DNA from: Sedimentisphaerales bacterium | GTDB lineage: Bacteria; Planctomycetota; Phycisphaerae; Sedimentisphaerales; SM23-30 | NCBI GenBank assembly: GCA_963666285.1 | Contig: OY762711.1 | Direction: 5' to 3' (one strand) | Length of the DNA stretch: 64,000 nucleotides | Shown: positions 29,042-38,943 of the stretch, in pieces | How positions within the stretch are numbered: the first letter of the stretch is position 1 | How the letters are laid out: every line of letters starts with the position of its first letter | The notes under the pieces: model-generated | The model's input: the letters and a program-made list of their open reading frames with translations, nothing else | What the model was told of the DNA's origin: nothing | Databases searched by the model: none | Program-made: the position numbers and the translations under genes

Positions 29042-30040
29042 CTATTTGCAAAATTCCACGATAAATTTTTCCAGTCCAAACTTTATGGTACCTCCACCTG
29101 ATTTAGTGGCATAATCGATTTCAGTCAGTCGTTGTATCGCATTGGCTATTTTTCCGCCATTCATAACACTGACCAGCTTCATAAATGATTCTTTATTGTG
29201 CCATACACCGGCAGCCCTGGTTATTTCAAATGGCGGCATTTTCTGGCTGTACATTACCCTGGCTTTATACAATTTTCTAAAATACCAGGCAAAAGCACCA
29301 ACTGCACTGAATTCTGCATCCTTATTTTTTGCCAGCATCTGGTCTAGCAGGTTGAGAGCCAGCGGAGTATTTTGCTGTGAAATTGCATCTATTACATTAA
29401 AGGCATCATACTGGCGGTTATTTCCGACCAGCTTCTCGATTTCGTCCTCAGTTATTTCTGTTTTCCCGCTTCCTATCAGAAATGCGGCAAGTTTGTCGAT
29501 TTCGTTTATCAGCTGACCTGAACTATTGCCGACCAGTTCGATAAGTAACTCTGCTATAGATGGTTGTATTTTTAACTTATGCTCTTTTTTTGCATAATCG
29601 GCAACGAATTTAGGCAGCTCTTTTTCGGTTAGTTCTTCAAACTTACATACCCAGCCAATTTTGTCTGACTTTTTGGCAAGTCTCGTATTACCCGGAAAAC
29701 TCTTCATATGCAGCATCAGAATTCCTGTTGCTGAGGGTTTTTCCAGGTAGGTTTCCAGTTTATCCCGGTAAGCAGACACAAATTTATCGGCATCTGTAAT
29801 AATCACCAGGCGGTATTGAGATAAAAACGGCATCGTCTGCAAATCATCAATAACTTCCGGAAAAGCTGCCTTTTCTCCGTCATGAGTCGATACCACCAAT
29901 TGCGGATCGTCTTCTCCGGTTACCATATCTGTTATATAGTGAGAGATGTCAATCATTCTTCGTCTGTCTTCACCGCTCAAAACGAAAATCGGGTAGAGCT
30001 TGTCAGGTTTATCAGCTTGTATTTTCTTTGTTTTTGCCAT
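29042..30040 (-). CDS. holA: DNA polymerase III delta subunit
   Basis: IFVLSGED, TMPFLSQYRLVII, NEIDKL and DYATKSG motifs; typical length. Confidence 0.88.
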   Translation of the reverse strand: MAKTKKIQADKPDKLYPIFVLSGEDRRRMIDISHYITDMVTGEDDPQLVVSTHDGEKAAFPEVIDDLQTMPFLSQYRLVIITDADKFVSAYRDKLETYLEKPSATGILMLHMKSFPGNTRLAKKSDKIGWVCKFEELTEKELPKFVADYAKKEHKLKIQPSIAELLIELVGNSSGQLINEIDKLAAFLIGSGKTEITEDEIEKLVGNNRQYDAFNVIDAISQQNTPLALNLLDQMLAKNKDAEFSAVGAFAWYFRKLYKARVMYSQKMPPFEITRAAGVWHNKESFMKLVSVMNGGKIANAIQRLTEIDYATKSGGGTIKFGLEKFIVEFCK

Positions 30041-30198
30041 AAGTATCGCTTTTACAGTATTTAACAGATGGTGGGCAGTTTTACTCTTAATAGCTGTTTT
30101 CTGTCAGATTATATTAGATACCAATACAAACAGCAACCACAAACGAAACTGAATCAAATATATTGGCTTCAAATTAAATATGTTTTCAAAAAATATAT

Positions 30199-30255
30199 TT
30201 GACATTAAGGATTACATGTGTAATACTTTGATTAGTATTACAAGTGTAATCTTAA
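30199..30255 (+). promoter_or_regulatory. blaI promoter with two BlaI/MecI/CopY-type operators
   Basis: TTGACA at 30199; ATTACA-TG-TGTAAT (30211-30224) and ATTACA-AG-TGTAAT (30237-30250), both matching TACA-NN-TGTA. Confidence 0.85.
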
Positions 30256-30272
30256 CTGATCGAGGTAGCATT

Positions 30273-30650
30273 ATGGATAACAAACCAAAGATATCGGATG
30301 CCGAGTGGCAGGTTATGAAAGTGTTATGGGAGAAATCTCCAATTTCTGCAAATGAAATTATTGAACAGCTTGAAGGCGAGCAGGATTGGAAGCCAAAGAC
30401 GATCCGTACATTGATCAATCGTCTGGTCGGTAAAAATGCTGTCCGGTATGACAAAGACGGCCGGCAGTATCTGTACTATCCTGTTTTGCCCGAAGAAGAC
30501 TGTATTCGAGAAGAGACAAAGTCTTTTTTAAGCCGAATTCGAGGCGGGGCGCTTAAACCAATGCTTGCCGCGTTTATTGAGGAGCAGAAATTAAGTAAAA
30601 ATGAAATTGAGGAACTGAAACAGATTCTGGAAAAGAAAGAAGGGAACTGA
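30273..30650 (+). CDS. blaI: BlaI/MecI/CopY family repressor
   Basis: ISDAEWQVMKVLW, WKPKTIRTLINRLVGK; start at ATG 30273 after GAGG. Confidence 0.92.
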   Translation: MDNKPKISDAEWQVMKVLWEKSPISANEIIEQLEGEQDWKPKTIRTLINRLVGKNAVRYDKDGRQYLYYPVLPEEDCIREETKSFLSRIRGGALKPMLAAFIEEQKLSKNEIEELKQILEKKEGN

Positions 30651-30651
30651 A

Positions 30652-33600
30652 ATGGAATCTTTTATTAATGATATTGCACCTGTTTTTCAGTGGCTGGTCA
30701 AATCTACCTTACAGGCTAGTGTGGTAATCTGTATTGTGCTGGCTGTAAAAATTCTTCTGGCCAAAAAACTCACTCCACGCTGGCATTATATTCTGTGGAT
30801 GCTGGTAATTGTAAAAATGGTTATGCCGGTCTCTATGCAGTCTTCTTTCAGTATATTCAATCTTATTCCAAACCAGAATACTGCTGGTACACATATTGAA
30901 ATTACCAAAGAGCAAGATGTAGCCAATTCCGTTACCAAAAAAGATTCTCTTGACGAGCAAACGTCACAGACATCACCGTTACCGGCACAAAACGAATCTT
31001 CTCTTACTGATTCAGGCGAAAGTTTTAATGATATTTCACAGCCGGTAATTGCACAAACTGCCGCACCTGTTAACGCAGCAGAACCAAAAATCACCACCGC
31101 AAACGAAAATAAACCGGTCATAATTGAGAATAATGATGATGAAAAATTGAAATCAGTTTTTGATCTGACAAATGTAAATAAGATTTTGTCTGTTAGCTGG
31201 CTTGCCGGAATGCTGCTCCTGGGAATATATGTTTTTGTAAGTAATTATAAATTATGGCGCATAATTCATGTACAGCGACCGGTTACCGATAGTAAGATAC
31301 TCGACCTGCTCGAAGATTGCAAAGCCCAGATGAAGATGCATGCATACCTCGCTGTGGTAGAAACCGACAGGGTAACATCACCGGCATTATACGGCTTTTT
31401 ACGGCCCAGGCTGCTGCTGCCCAAAGGCATAATCGGCAAACTTTCCAGCCAACAGCTGCGCCATGTATTCCTCCACGAACTCGCTCATCTCAAACGCGGC
31501 GATATCTACATCGGCTGGCTGACTGCCCTGCTCCAGACTCTCCACTGGTTCAACCCGCTGGTATGGTACGCCTTTTACAAGATGCGAACAGATAGAGAAC
31601 TCGCCTGTGATGAGCTGGCGATCAGTGCTATGAATTCTGGCGAAAATAATGAATACGGCAAGACCATCGTCAGCCTGCTCGAAGATTTTTCCGCGCCGCA
31701 ATATACCCCCGGCCTCGCTGGTATCCTGGAAGAAAAATCTCAACTTCGCCATCGTATTTCCATGATCGCAAATAACCGAAAAGGATCGCTGAGATTATCG
31801 ATGGTTGTTGCTGTTTTAATGGTGGTTATTGGTGTGGTATCGTTAACCGATGGCTTGGCAATATCAACCGTTGAACTGTCTCCCGCAACAGCCATGGAGC
31901 TGCCCGAAGAAATAAAGCCGATGGCCGAGGTTATTGTCAAATGGTACAATTGCTGTACAGCTAATGATGTTGAAGGTGTGCGAGATACTTTTCATCCTGA
32001 CAGAAAATCTATCGTATCTAAAAATACCTTAAACGAAATGAACGATGTTTTGTCTGCAAACCGAAAATGGAAATTTGAACTCCTCTCTGTCATGTGGGAC
32101 AACAGTGAAGCAATGGCAGTCTCAAAAGTGTTTGTAAAAAACAATATTCGAATTGGCAAGGACTATTCCCTGATCTGGCCGTTACGCAAGACAGAAGATG
32201 GCCAATGGAAACTGCTCGGCTTCGGCGGCGAAGAAATAGAAGGCATGCAATTTGAAAATGCCAGGTTCATTAAGGATCACCCAAACGCAAAAATGTGGTG
32301 TAAAGCACCGTGGAATAATAAGACGGAATTAAATGACAAAAACACATTCAGCGATTTGACAGATAAACAATTCCACAACGTCCAGGCTGGCGAAACTTTA
32401 CACGGCATCGCAGAAAAATACTACGGCGATGGAAAATATTGGGAAATGCTGTTCGAAGCCAATAAGCAGACAATAGGAAGTGTCGATCAGTTCAAGGTTG
32501 GATTAAAGCTGGTTATACCCGAACTGGATGAAGTGCAGGGCCGGGAAACAAACAAAAACGCATCTAAAAAACTTAAAAAAGGCGTTGTCTATGTTATGGG
32601 CAAGGTTCTCAGGCCCGGACCGTATATGATAACCAATGACAGACTCACTCTCAAGCAAATGATTGCTACTGTAGGTGGTCCAAATGGTGTTGACCCAGAT
32701 AAAGTGATGGTCAAACTAGAACATCGAAATGAAGATGAAACAGGTGAAATAATAAAAGTTAGTATGACAGAATTATTTGCTGAAAATGGCAAAGACTATC
32801 CTTTGCTGGCTGACGACGTGATTTATGTCTATTCCAGTTCGGATAACGATGTTAAACCGTCGGATATATTTTTTACCTCAGACGAACGTGGAATATTGAT
32901 TCCAGCGGCTGAGACTAATAAATATAAATTGCTAAATGGTGTCAAAGTAGAACTGCTGGGTGTACTTAACCAATCTAAGCCCGATATGTGCTGGACACCT
33001 GATGGGACAGTGCTTGATGAGATGATGCCGCGATATATTCAGGATGGAACCTATCAGCCCCAAAATGGTAGAGCGGTATTTGAATTTACTGTAAAGCTAA
33101 GTGGTTTACCCGAAGATAACAGTGTAAAGATTAAGGCTTCACCTTATCTTAAAAAAGAATTTTCAGCACTCAGTCCAATATCTGTTGATGGGGAAAATTA
33201 TGACCATTATGCCCTTTGGCAGGTCTTCAACCAGGGGCAGGAAAAATGCGATCTTACTGTTTCTGTAGCTTGCGGCGAATGGAAAACTGTTGGAGTTGGT
33301 AAGTATAATGATTCTGAACATATAGTTATAAAGACCGATGGCAGTGTACGGGACGGCGTCTGGCTGTCGCCTCTGGCAGAAAAGCCGGTAAAAGATATCA
33401 AACCATGGACAAAGTCTCCTGTCCGCACGGTTGTTTCACTAACTCATGGTATAATGGACAAAGATGTTCGACTGATAGCTGTTGGCAAAGACGGTACAAG
33501 ATATCAAAAAGCTATGGTGTCAGGTGCGGCCTCTCTGTCTCAGTCATTTAGTGAGGTTGTTGTAACAACCTGTCAGTTCGACCTGGCAATGAAAGATATC

Positions 33601-36600
33601 GATTCGCTCGAGTTGCAAGTTAGACCATATCGAAGTGTAACATTTACCGGTGTTGCGTTAAAGGTAATAGAAAATGAATCAACTGACTCTGGCGAGTATT
33701 TTACTGTCGAGGGTTCTGTTATTGATCGAGAAGGCAATGGCATTCCTGGCGTTACAATACAGATTCGGTCAGAAAGAGATTGCAATGGTGATATTTATTC
33801 TCCAGATATAAAAACAGACAAGAATGGCTGCTATAAGTACGACAAGATTCAATGGCCGTATAAAATTGGAGCTTTGTGGAAAAACTCTAACAAGGATAGT
33901 GTAATATTTTCACGTTTCATCGGTAAAGCCAGGGGTCAATATTTGAATGGTAGTAAGAAAGTTGATTTTCAATTTACTGATCAATTTCCCAAAGGTAACT
34001 GTACCGTTAAGGGGCAGGTAATTAGTTCAGACGATAAACCTGTAAATCGATATAGAATTGATATTAGAAATTTTGTCGACTGGCAGGATAAGACTGCTAA
34101 AGAAATACATCAATATACCTATAAATCTGACATAAATAACAAAGATGGCAGTTTTGAAATTAATGGATTAACAGAAGGTAAATATGAGTTTAGAATTTTC
34201 AATCCGGAATTTGGCGATATGTATAGATTTCCTGAATTACAGATTATTGATCTAAAATCAAATGAAGACTTTAATATCGATATTTCTGCTGAATATATTG
34301 AATCAGGAAAGTTTAAGATTATATATGGTAGATTGGGTGTAAAAGATAAACCGGAAGATTATTTTGACAGGTGGGTGCAAAAGCCATATGTTTCTCTTTA
34401 TAATCCCAATTACCCGGAGACATCGTCTCGTGAGGTAGGTAAATATATTTCCAATGGGTATTTCTATTGTAATTTATCTGAAGCTGAAATTGCTGAATTG
34501 AGAGACAAGGATCTCCATTTAGCCTTATATTTGCCGACAGAAGAAATAAATTATTATAGCAGCTGCAAACCTATACCATTTGATATATTTTCAGAAAACT
34601 CCGAATCGTGTGGTACAGTAATGCTAATTGAAAAGGATTCAGACGCTGGGCTTTCTTATAATATTGATAAGGCTGGTTCAATAATAGATGGTTATAAAGA
34701 CATAAGTTCAATCTCTGGAAGCGGTAGTAAATACATTACCGATATCGGCTATGGCGCATCTGTCGAATTTCTTGGTCTACGCAACTGGAAAACCGGCGAA
34801 TGCTTTGCTATTGATGGTTCACCGATAGCCCCGTTCGATTTCAAGGCTGACTGGACGCCAAAAGATGAAAGGGATTTTGATAATAAAGATTTCTTTGAGC
34901 TGGTAACAAAAGTCAGTGGTGTAGATTCTAATGATCTTGGCCTGATCAAATGGAACTTTGGCGGCATGGTATATTCTTCGAGTGCTAATACAACACCATC
35001 TTACTTTAAAGATGGTATTCATGTTGGCGCGGTTGCCATGCCGGGCGGCCTGGCAAAGACAAATCTCAGGTTGGGCCTTGCGGTTGAGCCCTGGCATACT
35101 ATTCTATCTGGTATTTACAACGGATACTATGATAATGATAAATATACTGTCCATGTTGATAATAGTAAGTATTCAACTTTTGGCAAGTTGCCGGTTGACC
35201 CCAAAGGACACGCTATACAAGTAACTTACACAGCAACCCGGTGCCAGTTCCGGGTAATTGCTATCGATAACGATGGTAATACGCACTACTCATTTTATAG
35301 CGGCTCTACCGGAAACGATCAGCTGCGGCAGACCATAGCATACTTCAAGGATCTTGATAGGGATGATCTTAAAGAATACCGGTTCCAGGTAAGAGATTAC
35401 AGCTGGGTTGAGGTTGACAATATTGCCTTACAGCCTGGCCGCCAAACGAATATTTCTGTTAAGCTATTGGATGATAGCCCGACGTCTGGAGCTATTATTA
35501 CAAAAAGTAATGTCGCCGATATCGGACTCGATACAAAATTAGTTCTGGCCGGCATAACCGAGTATCCGGTAGAAAGCAAGCAGTGGTGGTCAATGGATGG
35601 TTCACTGCTGAATAATGCAGTTACAGACAGCTGGCCGGGCAATGATGGTCGCTATCCCGAAGATGGTGAATTGTCGCGGGTGTTTGCGTTCAAAGTTGAT
35701 GGCATGCCGGCAGAGGATATTTATCTGGAATGTGAAACTTCTAATGGGTACGGAGCCTCATATTTTCCCAGGTATAATAATAGAGATGAAAATATCTTAA
35801 GTGAGGTTCAGGGCTTTACTATTAAATTCAAAGATACCGAAATAACAACTGATATTACTGTCGGCGTTGGTGTCGGCCCGTGGGTTATTACTTCCAGCGC
35901 CGGTCAGCCTGGAATGAGCGGTTCTACAGCTGACAATATTTTTCGCCGTACGGTACTGCTCGAGAAGCCGACAGAAAGCAATGGAAAGTCAAGGGTAGAG
36001 GTTAAGCATTTGCTCGATAAGGATTATGTATGCCGCATCATCGCCCATGGCAAAGATGGCAAAGTGCATAACCCTGAACATTATCTGAACCTGGATAATG
36101 ATATTCGAACATGTCACGCAACATTTAACATGAAACTCGATGAAATTAGAGGTTTCAGTTTGCAGGCCAGGCTGCGCAGGTATGTAACCTTCAAAAACGT
36201 ATCTCTATTGCCTGGACAACCAGCAGAAGGTAAAGAGCCGGGGCTGGTTGCAAATGCCTCAAAAACAAAGGCAGCGGAAAATAATTCCGGCATAAGCAAA
36301 CTCGAATTCAGGATTGTAGCTGACAGGAAGTTAAGGCTGGATTATGGTAAGCTCAGCCTTGAAATTAAAGTTGATGGGTATATGTGGATGGCGGTAAGTG
36401 ATAAAGCTATATCGATTGGTAACCAGGGTTATATTGTTGACCATGATACCACTTACCTGCTTGTCAGTACCAGGCCAGGTGAAGCAATGGCTGCTGATGG
36501 TTCGTGGGGGCTGAAAAGCTGCAATTTAGATAAAGATCAATTTGGCAAACCGGCAATAAGTGTAGGATTTGACAGCTATGGCAGTGAACAATTCTATGCT

Positions 36601-37512
36601 TTGACAAAGAGCAATGTTGACAAGCCGTTGGCAATATGCATAGACGGCAAGATATTTAGTGCGCCTACTATTAGGTCTGCTATTAGAGACCGGGCGATTA
36701 TCACCGGCAGCTTCAGTATCGACAAAGCCAGAGAACTTGCAGCACAGCTCAAAAAGGGCATGCCCCCGGTCAATGAAATACCCTCTGTCGATCCCGATCC
36801 GGCTGGTGCCGCAGATATGATGGCCCCGCTATACGGAATGTTCAGCTCATCTTATGAAGCGATAAGAAATAACAAGCCCGAAACGGCTTTGAAAGTCATC
36901 GAAACGGCTCTGCCGCAGCTGGAGCTGTTCCATGCTAAGCTGAAAGGTTCGAAAGCCGAGGTGCCGATTGGTATGGCTATCGACCAGGTTTGCCAGATTA
37001 TCAAATCACTTAAGGACAATGATATTGAAACCGCCACGGCTCTGATGAATGCGATCAATGAGGCCGGACCGATGCTGGAGGAACTGGTCGAAAACGCCGC
37101 ACTACCGCAAAATGACAAACCGGCAGACAGTAATGAGAGCAGTCATTCATCTGACCAGAAAAATAAACTGCTTAACGGATTCCTCAATATCGGAACTTCA
37201 TGTGACCTGTTCGGTAGGATGCTTTTTGATGAAGGGCTGGATCTGGATAGAGATGTTGACCAGAAAAAGATTACCCTTATGTGTAAACCGATTTTGGAAC
37301 TGCTTCCCCAAATGCAGACGGCAGCAAAAGGGACAGAGTTTGAAGCTGTGACAAACCAGGGAGTGCAGCTGTTCAATCAGTTTTACGATGCTCTTCAAAC
37401 TAAAAATGCCGAACTGGCCGGAAAGAAACTGCTGGAACTGCGAGAGCTCGGCAACAAAAACTCACAAATGTTTATGAAACTGCTCCAGCCGGAAGAAACT
37501 GCTGAACCGTAG
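30652..37512 (+). CDS. Giant BlaR1-type M56 metallopeptidase sensor with LysM, SLBB, carboxypeptidase-regulatory-like, SecD-P1-like and three repeated unknown domains
   Basis: HELAHLKRGD, WFNPLVW and RELACD (M56); domain motifs are listed in the findings; starts 1 nt after the blaI stop. Confidence 0.88.
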   Translation: MESFINDIAPVFQWLVKSTLQASVVICIVLAVKILLAKKLTPRWHYILWMLVIVKMVMPVSMQSSFSIFNLIPNQNTAGTHIEITKEQDVANSVTKKDSLDEQTSQTSPLPAQNESSLTDSGESFNDISQPVIAQTAAPVNAAEPKITTANENKPVIIENNDDEKLKSVFDLTNVNKILSVSWLAGMLLLGIYVFVSNYKLWRIIHVQRPVTDSKILDLLEDCKAQMKMHAYLAVVETDRVTSPALYGFLRPRLLLPKGIIGKLSSQQLRHVFLHELAHLKRGDIYIGWLTALLQTLHWFNPLVWYAFYKMRTDRELACDELAISAMNSGENNEYGKTIVSLLEDFSAPQYTPGLAGILEEKSQLRHRISMIANNRKGSLRLSMVVAVLMVVIGVVSLTDGLAISTVELSPATAMELPEEIKPMAEVIVKWYNCCTANDVEGVRDTFHPDRKSIVSKNTLNEMNDVLSANRKWKFELLSVMWDNSEAMAVSKVFVKNNIRIGKDYSLIWPLRKTEDGQWKLLGFGGEEIEGMQFENARFIKDHPNAKMWCKAPWNNKTELNDKNTFSDLTDKQFHNVQAGETLHGIAEKYYGDGKYWEMLFEANKQTIGSVDQFKVGLKLVIPELDEVQGRETNKNASKKLKKGVVYVMGKVLRPGPYMITNDRLTLKQMIATVGGPNGVDPDKVMVKLEHRNEDETGEIIKVSMTELFAENGKDYPLLADDVIYVYSSSDNDVKPSDIFFTSDERGILIPAAETNKYKLLNGVKVELLGVLNQSKPDMCWTPDGTVLDEMMPRYIQDGTYQPQNGRAVFEFTVKLSGLPEDNSVKIKASPYLKKEFSALSPISVDGENYDHYALWQVFNQGQEKCDLTVSVACGEWKTVGVGKYNDSEHIVIKTDGSVRDGVWLSPLAEKPVKDIKPWTKSPVRTVVSLTHGIMDKDVRLIAVGKDGTRYQKAMVSGAASLSQSFSEVVVTTCQFDLAMKDIDSLELQVRPYRSVTFTGVALKVIENESTDSGEYFTVEGSVIDREGNGIPGVTIQIRSERDCNGDIYSPDIKTDKNGCYKYDKIQWPYKIGALWKNSNKDSVIFSRFIGKARGQYLNGSKKVDFQFTDQFPKGNCTVKGQVISSDDKPVNRYRIDIRNFVDWQDKTAKEIHQYTYKSDINNKDGSFEINGLTEGKYEFRIFNPEFGDMYRFPELQIIDLKSNEDFNIDISAEYIESGKFKIIYGRLGVKDKPEDYFDRWVQKPYVSLYNPNYPETSSREVGKYISNGYFYCNLSEAEIAELRDKDLHLALYLPTEEINYYSSCKPIPFDIFSENSESCGTVMLIEKDSDAGLSYNIDKAGSIIDGYKDISSISGSGSKYITDIGYGASVEFLGLRNWKTGECFAIDGSPIAPFDFKADWTPKDERDFDNKDFFELVTKVSGVDSNDLGLIKWNFGGMVYSSSANTTPSYFKDGIHVGAVAMPGGLAKTNLRLGLAVEPWHTILSGIYNGYYDNDKYTVHVDNSKYSTFGKLPVDPKGHAIQVTYTATRCQFRVIAIDNDGNTHYSFYSGSTGNDQLRQTIAYFKDLDRDDLKEYRFQVRDYSWVEVDNIALQPGRQTNISVKLLDDSPTSGAIITKSNVADIGLDTKLVLAGITEYPVESKQWWSMDGSLLNNAVTDSWPGNDGRYPEDGELSRVFAFKVDGMPAEDIYLECETSNGYGASYFPRYNNRDENILSEVQGFTIKFKDTEITTDITVGVGVGPWVITSSAGQPGMSGSTADNIFRRTVLLEKPTESNGKSRVEVKHLLDKDYVCRIIAHGKDGKVHNPEHYLNLDNDIRTCHATFNMKLDEIRGFSLQARLRRYVTFKNVSLLPGQPAEGKEPGLVANASKTKAAENNSGISKLEFRIVADRKLRLDYGKLSLEIKVDGYMWMAVSDKAISIGNQGYIVDHDTTYLLVSTRPGEAMAADGSWGLKSCNLDKDQFGKPAISVGFDSYGSEQFYALTKSNVDKPLAICIDGKIFSAPTIRSAIRDRAIITGSFSIDKARELAAQLKKGMPPVNEIPSVDPDPAGAADMMAPLYGMFSSSYEAIRNNKPETALKVIETALPQLELFHAKLKGSKAEVPIGMAIDQVCQIIKSLKDNDIETATALMNAINEAGPMLEELVENAALPQNDKPADSNESSHSSDQKNKLLNGFLNIGTSCDLFGRMLFDEGLDLDRDVDQKKITLMCKPILELLPQMQTAAKGTEFEAVTNQGVQLFNQFYDALQTKNAELAGKKLLELRELGNKNSQMFMKLLQPEETAEP

Positions 37513-37610
37513 CTTATTTCTTTTTACTTATATCTTATTACTGTAACCGTGTGAACGGTTACAACATTTTTTATTTTACACCTTACACATCAGAAGCTGC
37601 TTCGAGGCAT
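37513..37610. repeat. 7-bp tandem tracts flanking a 9-bp hairpin
   Basis: CTTATTT-CTTTTTA-CTTATAT-CTTATTA; TGTAACCGT-GTGA-ACGGTTACA; TTTTTAT-TTTACAC-CTTACAC. Confidence 0.6.
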
Positions 37611-37677
37611 TGCCTTGCGTCATATACGTGCCATATGTCCTTTTTGAGATTATACCTAAGGCAAATTTCTGACTATT

Positions 37678-38424
37678 TTATTCTACCGGTATACATGTAG
37701 GATCACTGGAATCTGCATTGCAATCTACCAGCCAGTTAGCTGCCATAAGGGCAAAGTCAACCAGGTCGACACTACAGTCAAAATTGATATCACCAACCAG
37801 GTAATAGCGGCATAGGTTAAATGTGCCAATTGCGCCAACGGCATCAATATCGGCTCCAACTGTGCTTCCTGATGAGTTACCCTCATTATAATCATCTATA
37901 AGCTGAACGGCATCAAATACCAGCTGACCTGGTCCAAAACCTGTAAAAACAGAATCAATATCTATAGATGCTGTCGAACCGTAAACCTTACCTATTTCAT
38001 AGAAACCGTCATTATTGGCATCATATTGTGCACCTAGCAATTGAGCTGTTTCTGCTGTCGGCCTGATTGCAACATATGTATCTTCCACATCAGCACCAAT
38101 CTCAAAAATATGGAGGTCATGGTCTGAGTTGCCACTGTTAATTAGAACATTATTAGTAAAGGCCAACTCGATAAGGCCGCCCCTGCCAAGCGAGGTGCAT
38201 CTGTTTACTGCTAGACCTTCTGGAGCACCAAGTGCCAATTGAGGGTTGGTATTTTCAGTGGGTGCCGGACCACCGTTATATAGTGGTTCAAAACGGATTA
38301 CTTCATCAGCAAAACTTACTGCTCCCTCTGGAAATTCGATACCGCCATAAACGTCAGCCTCAGCAGCTGCAGCAATGAACAGGTTAAAAATACTAATAAT
38401 CGTCAATAACGCAAACTTCTTCAT
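37678..38424 (-). CDS. Secreted protein with C-terminal dockerin-like module
   Basis: Signal peptide MKKFALL...; GADIDAV motif; GDINFDCSVDLVDFALMAANWL tail. Confidence 0.8.
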   Translation of the reverse strand: MKKFALLTIISIFNLFIAAAAEADVYGGIEFPEGAVSFADEVIRFEPLYNGGPAPTENTNPQLALGAPEGLAVNRCTSLGRGGLIELAFTNNVLINSGNSDHDLHIFEIGADVEDTYVAIRPTAETAQLLGAQYDANNDGFYEIGKVYGSTASIDIDSVFTGFGPGQLVFDAVQLIDDYNEGNSSGSTVGADIDAVGAIGTFNLCRYYLVGDINFDCSVDLVDFALMAANWLVDCNADSSDPTCIPVE

Positions 38425-38943
38425 CTCTCTCTCCATGGTTATAATTAACATTCTTTATTTCTATAGGGCACCTGTATTTTATACCATACCATTATAGTAT
38501 TTTTAACAGTATTTTTATATTTCTATTATTATTTAGCAAAAAGATAAAATAGGTAAACTATTACTTATGTCCTGAACGAACCATTAGCTATAAACCAGTA
38601 CTGCACACCTTCAGCAAGAAATTCTTCCTTATTTTATAGCCACAGGCCACACTTTACGCAAATTACTCAAGGCATTTTGCCATACGCTGGCTGAATTGAT
38701 GCTCAAAATGGAATACTGGCTGACTTTATGTAAAAATATCCAGCCGTAATGAAATTTTACTCCGAATGAATAATCATATTTATCCAAAAACTAATTTATC
38801 AGGAATGACTAAATAATCGTTCCAGAAAATGTCCGGAATATCGGATACCAGATGAAGTGTTTTATAAATAATCACATATGTTGTACTTCAGAAAAAATCG
38901 TGGTAATAAATCACATGCTATATTCAAATTTAGTTCAATAAAC

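Noticed and set aside
30180..30272. Longer N-termini in the ORF track for blaI (also 15297, 20561, 22983, 48145, 58425)
   Set aside because: The extensions overlap promoters or operators or lack an RBS; the downstream starts have RBSs and fit family lengths.
38560..38940. Possible pseudogene in the spacer
   Set aside because: The frames I translated are interrupted and show no recognisable family.
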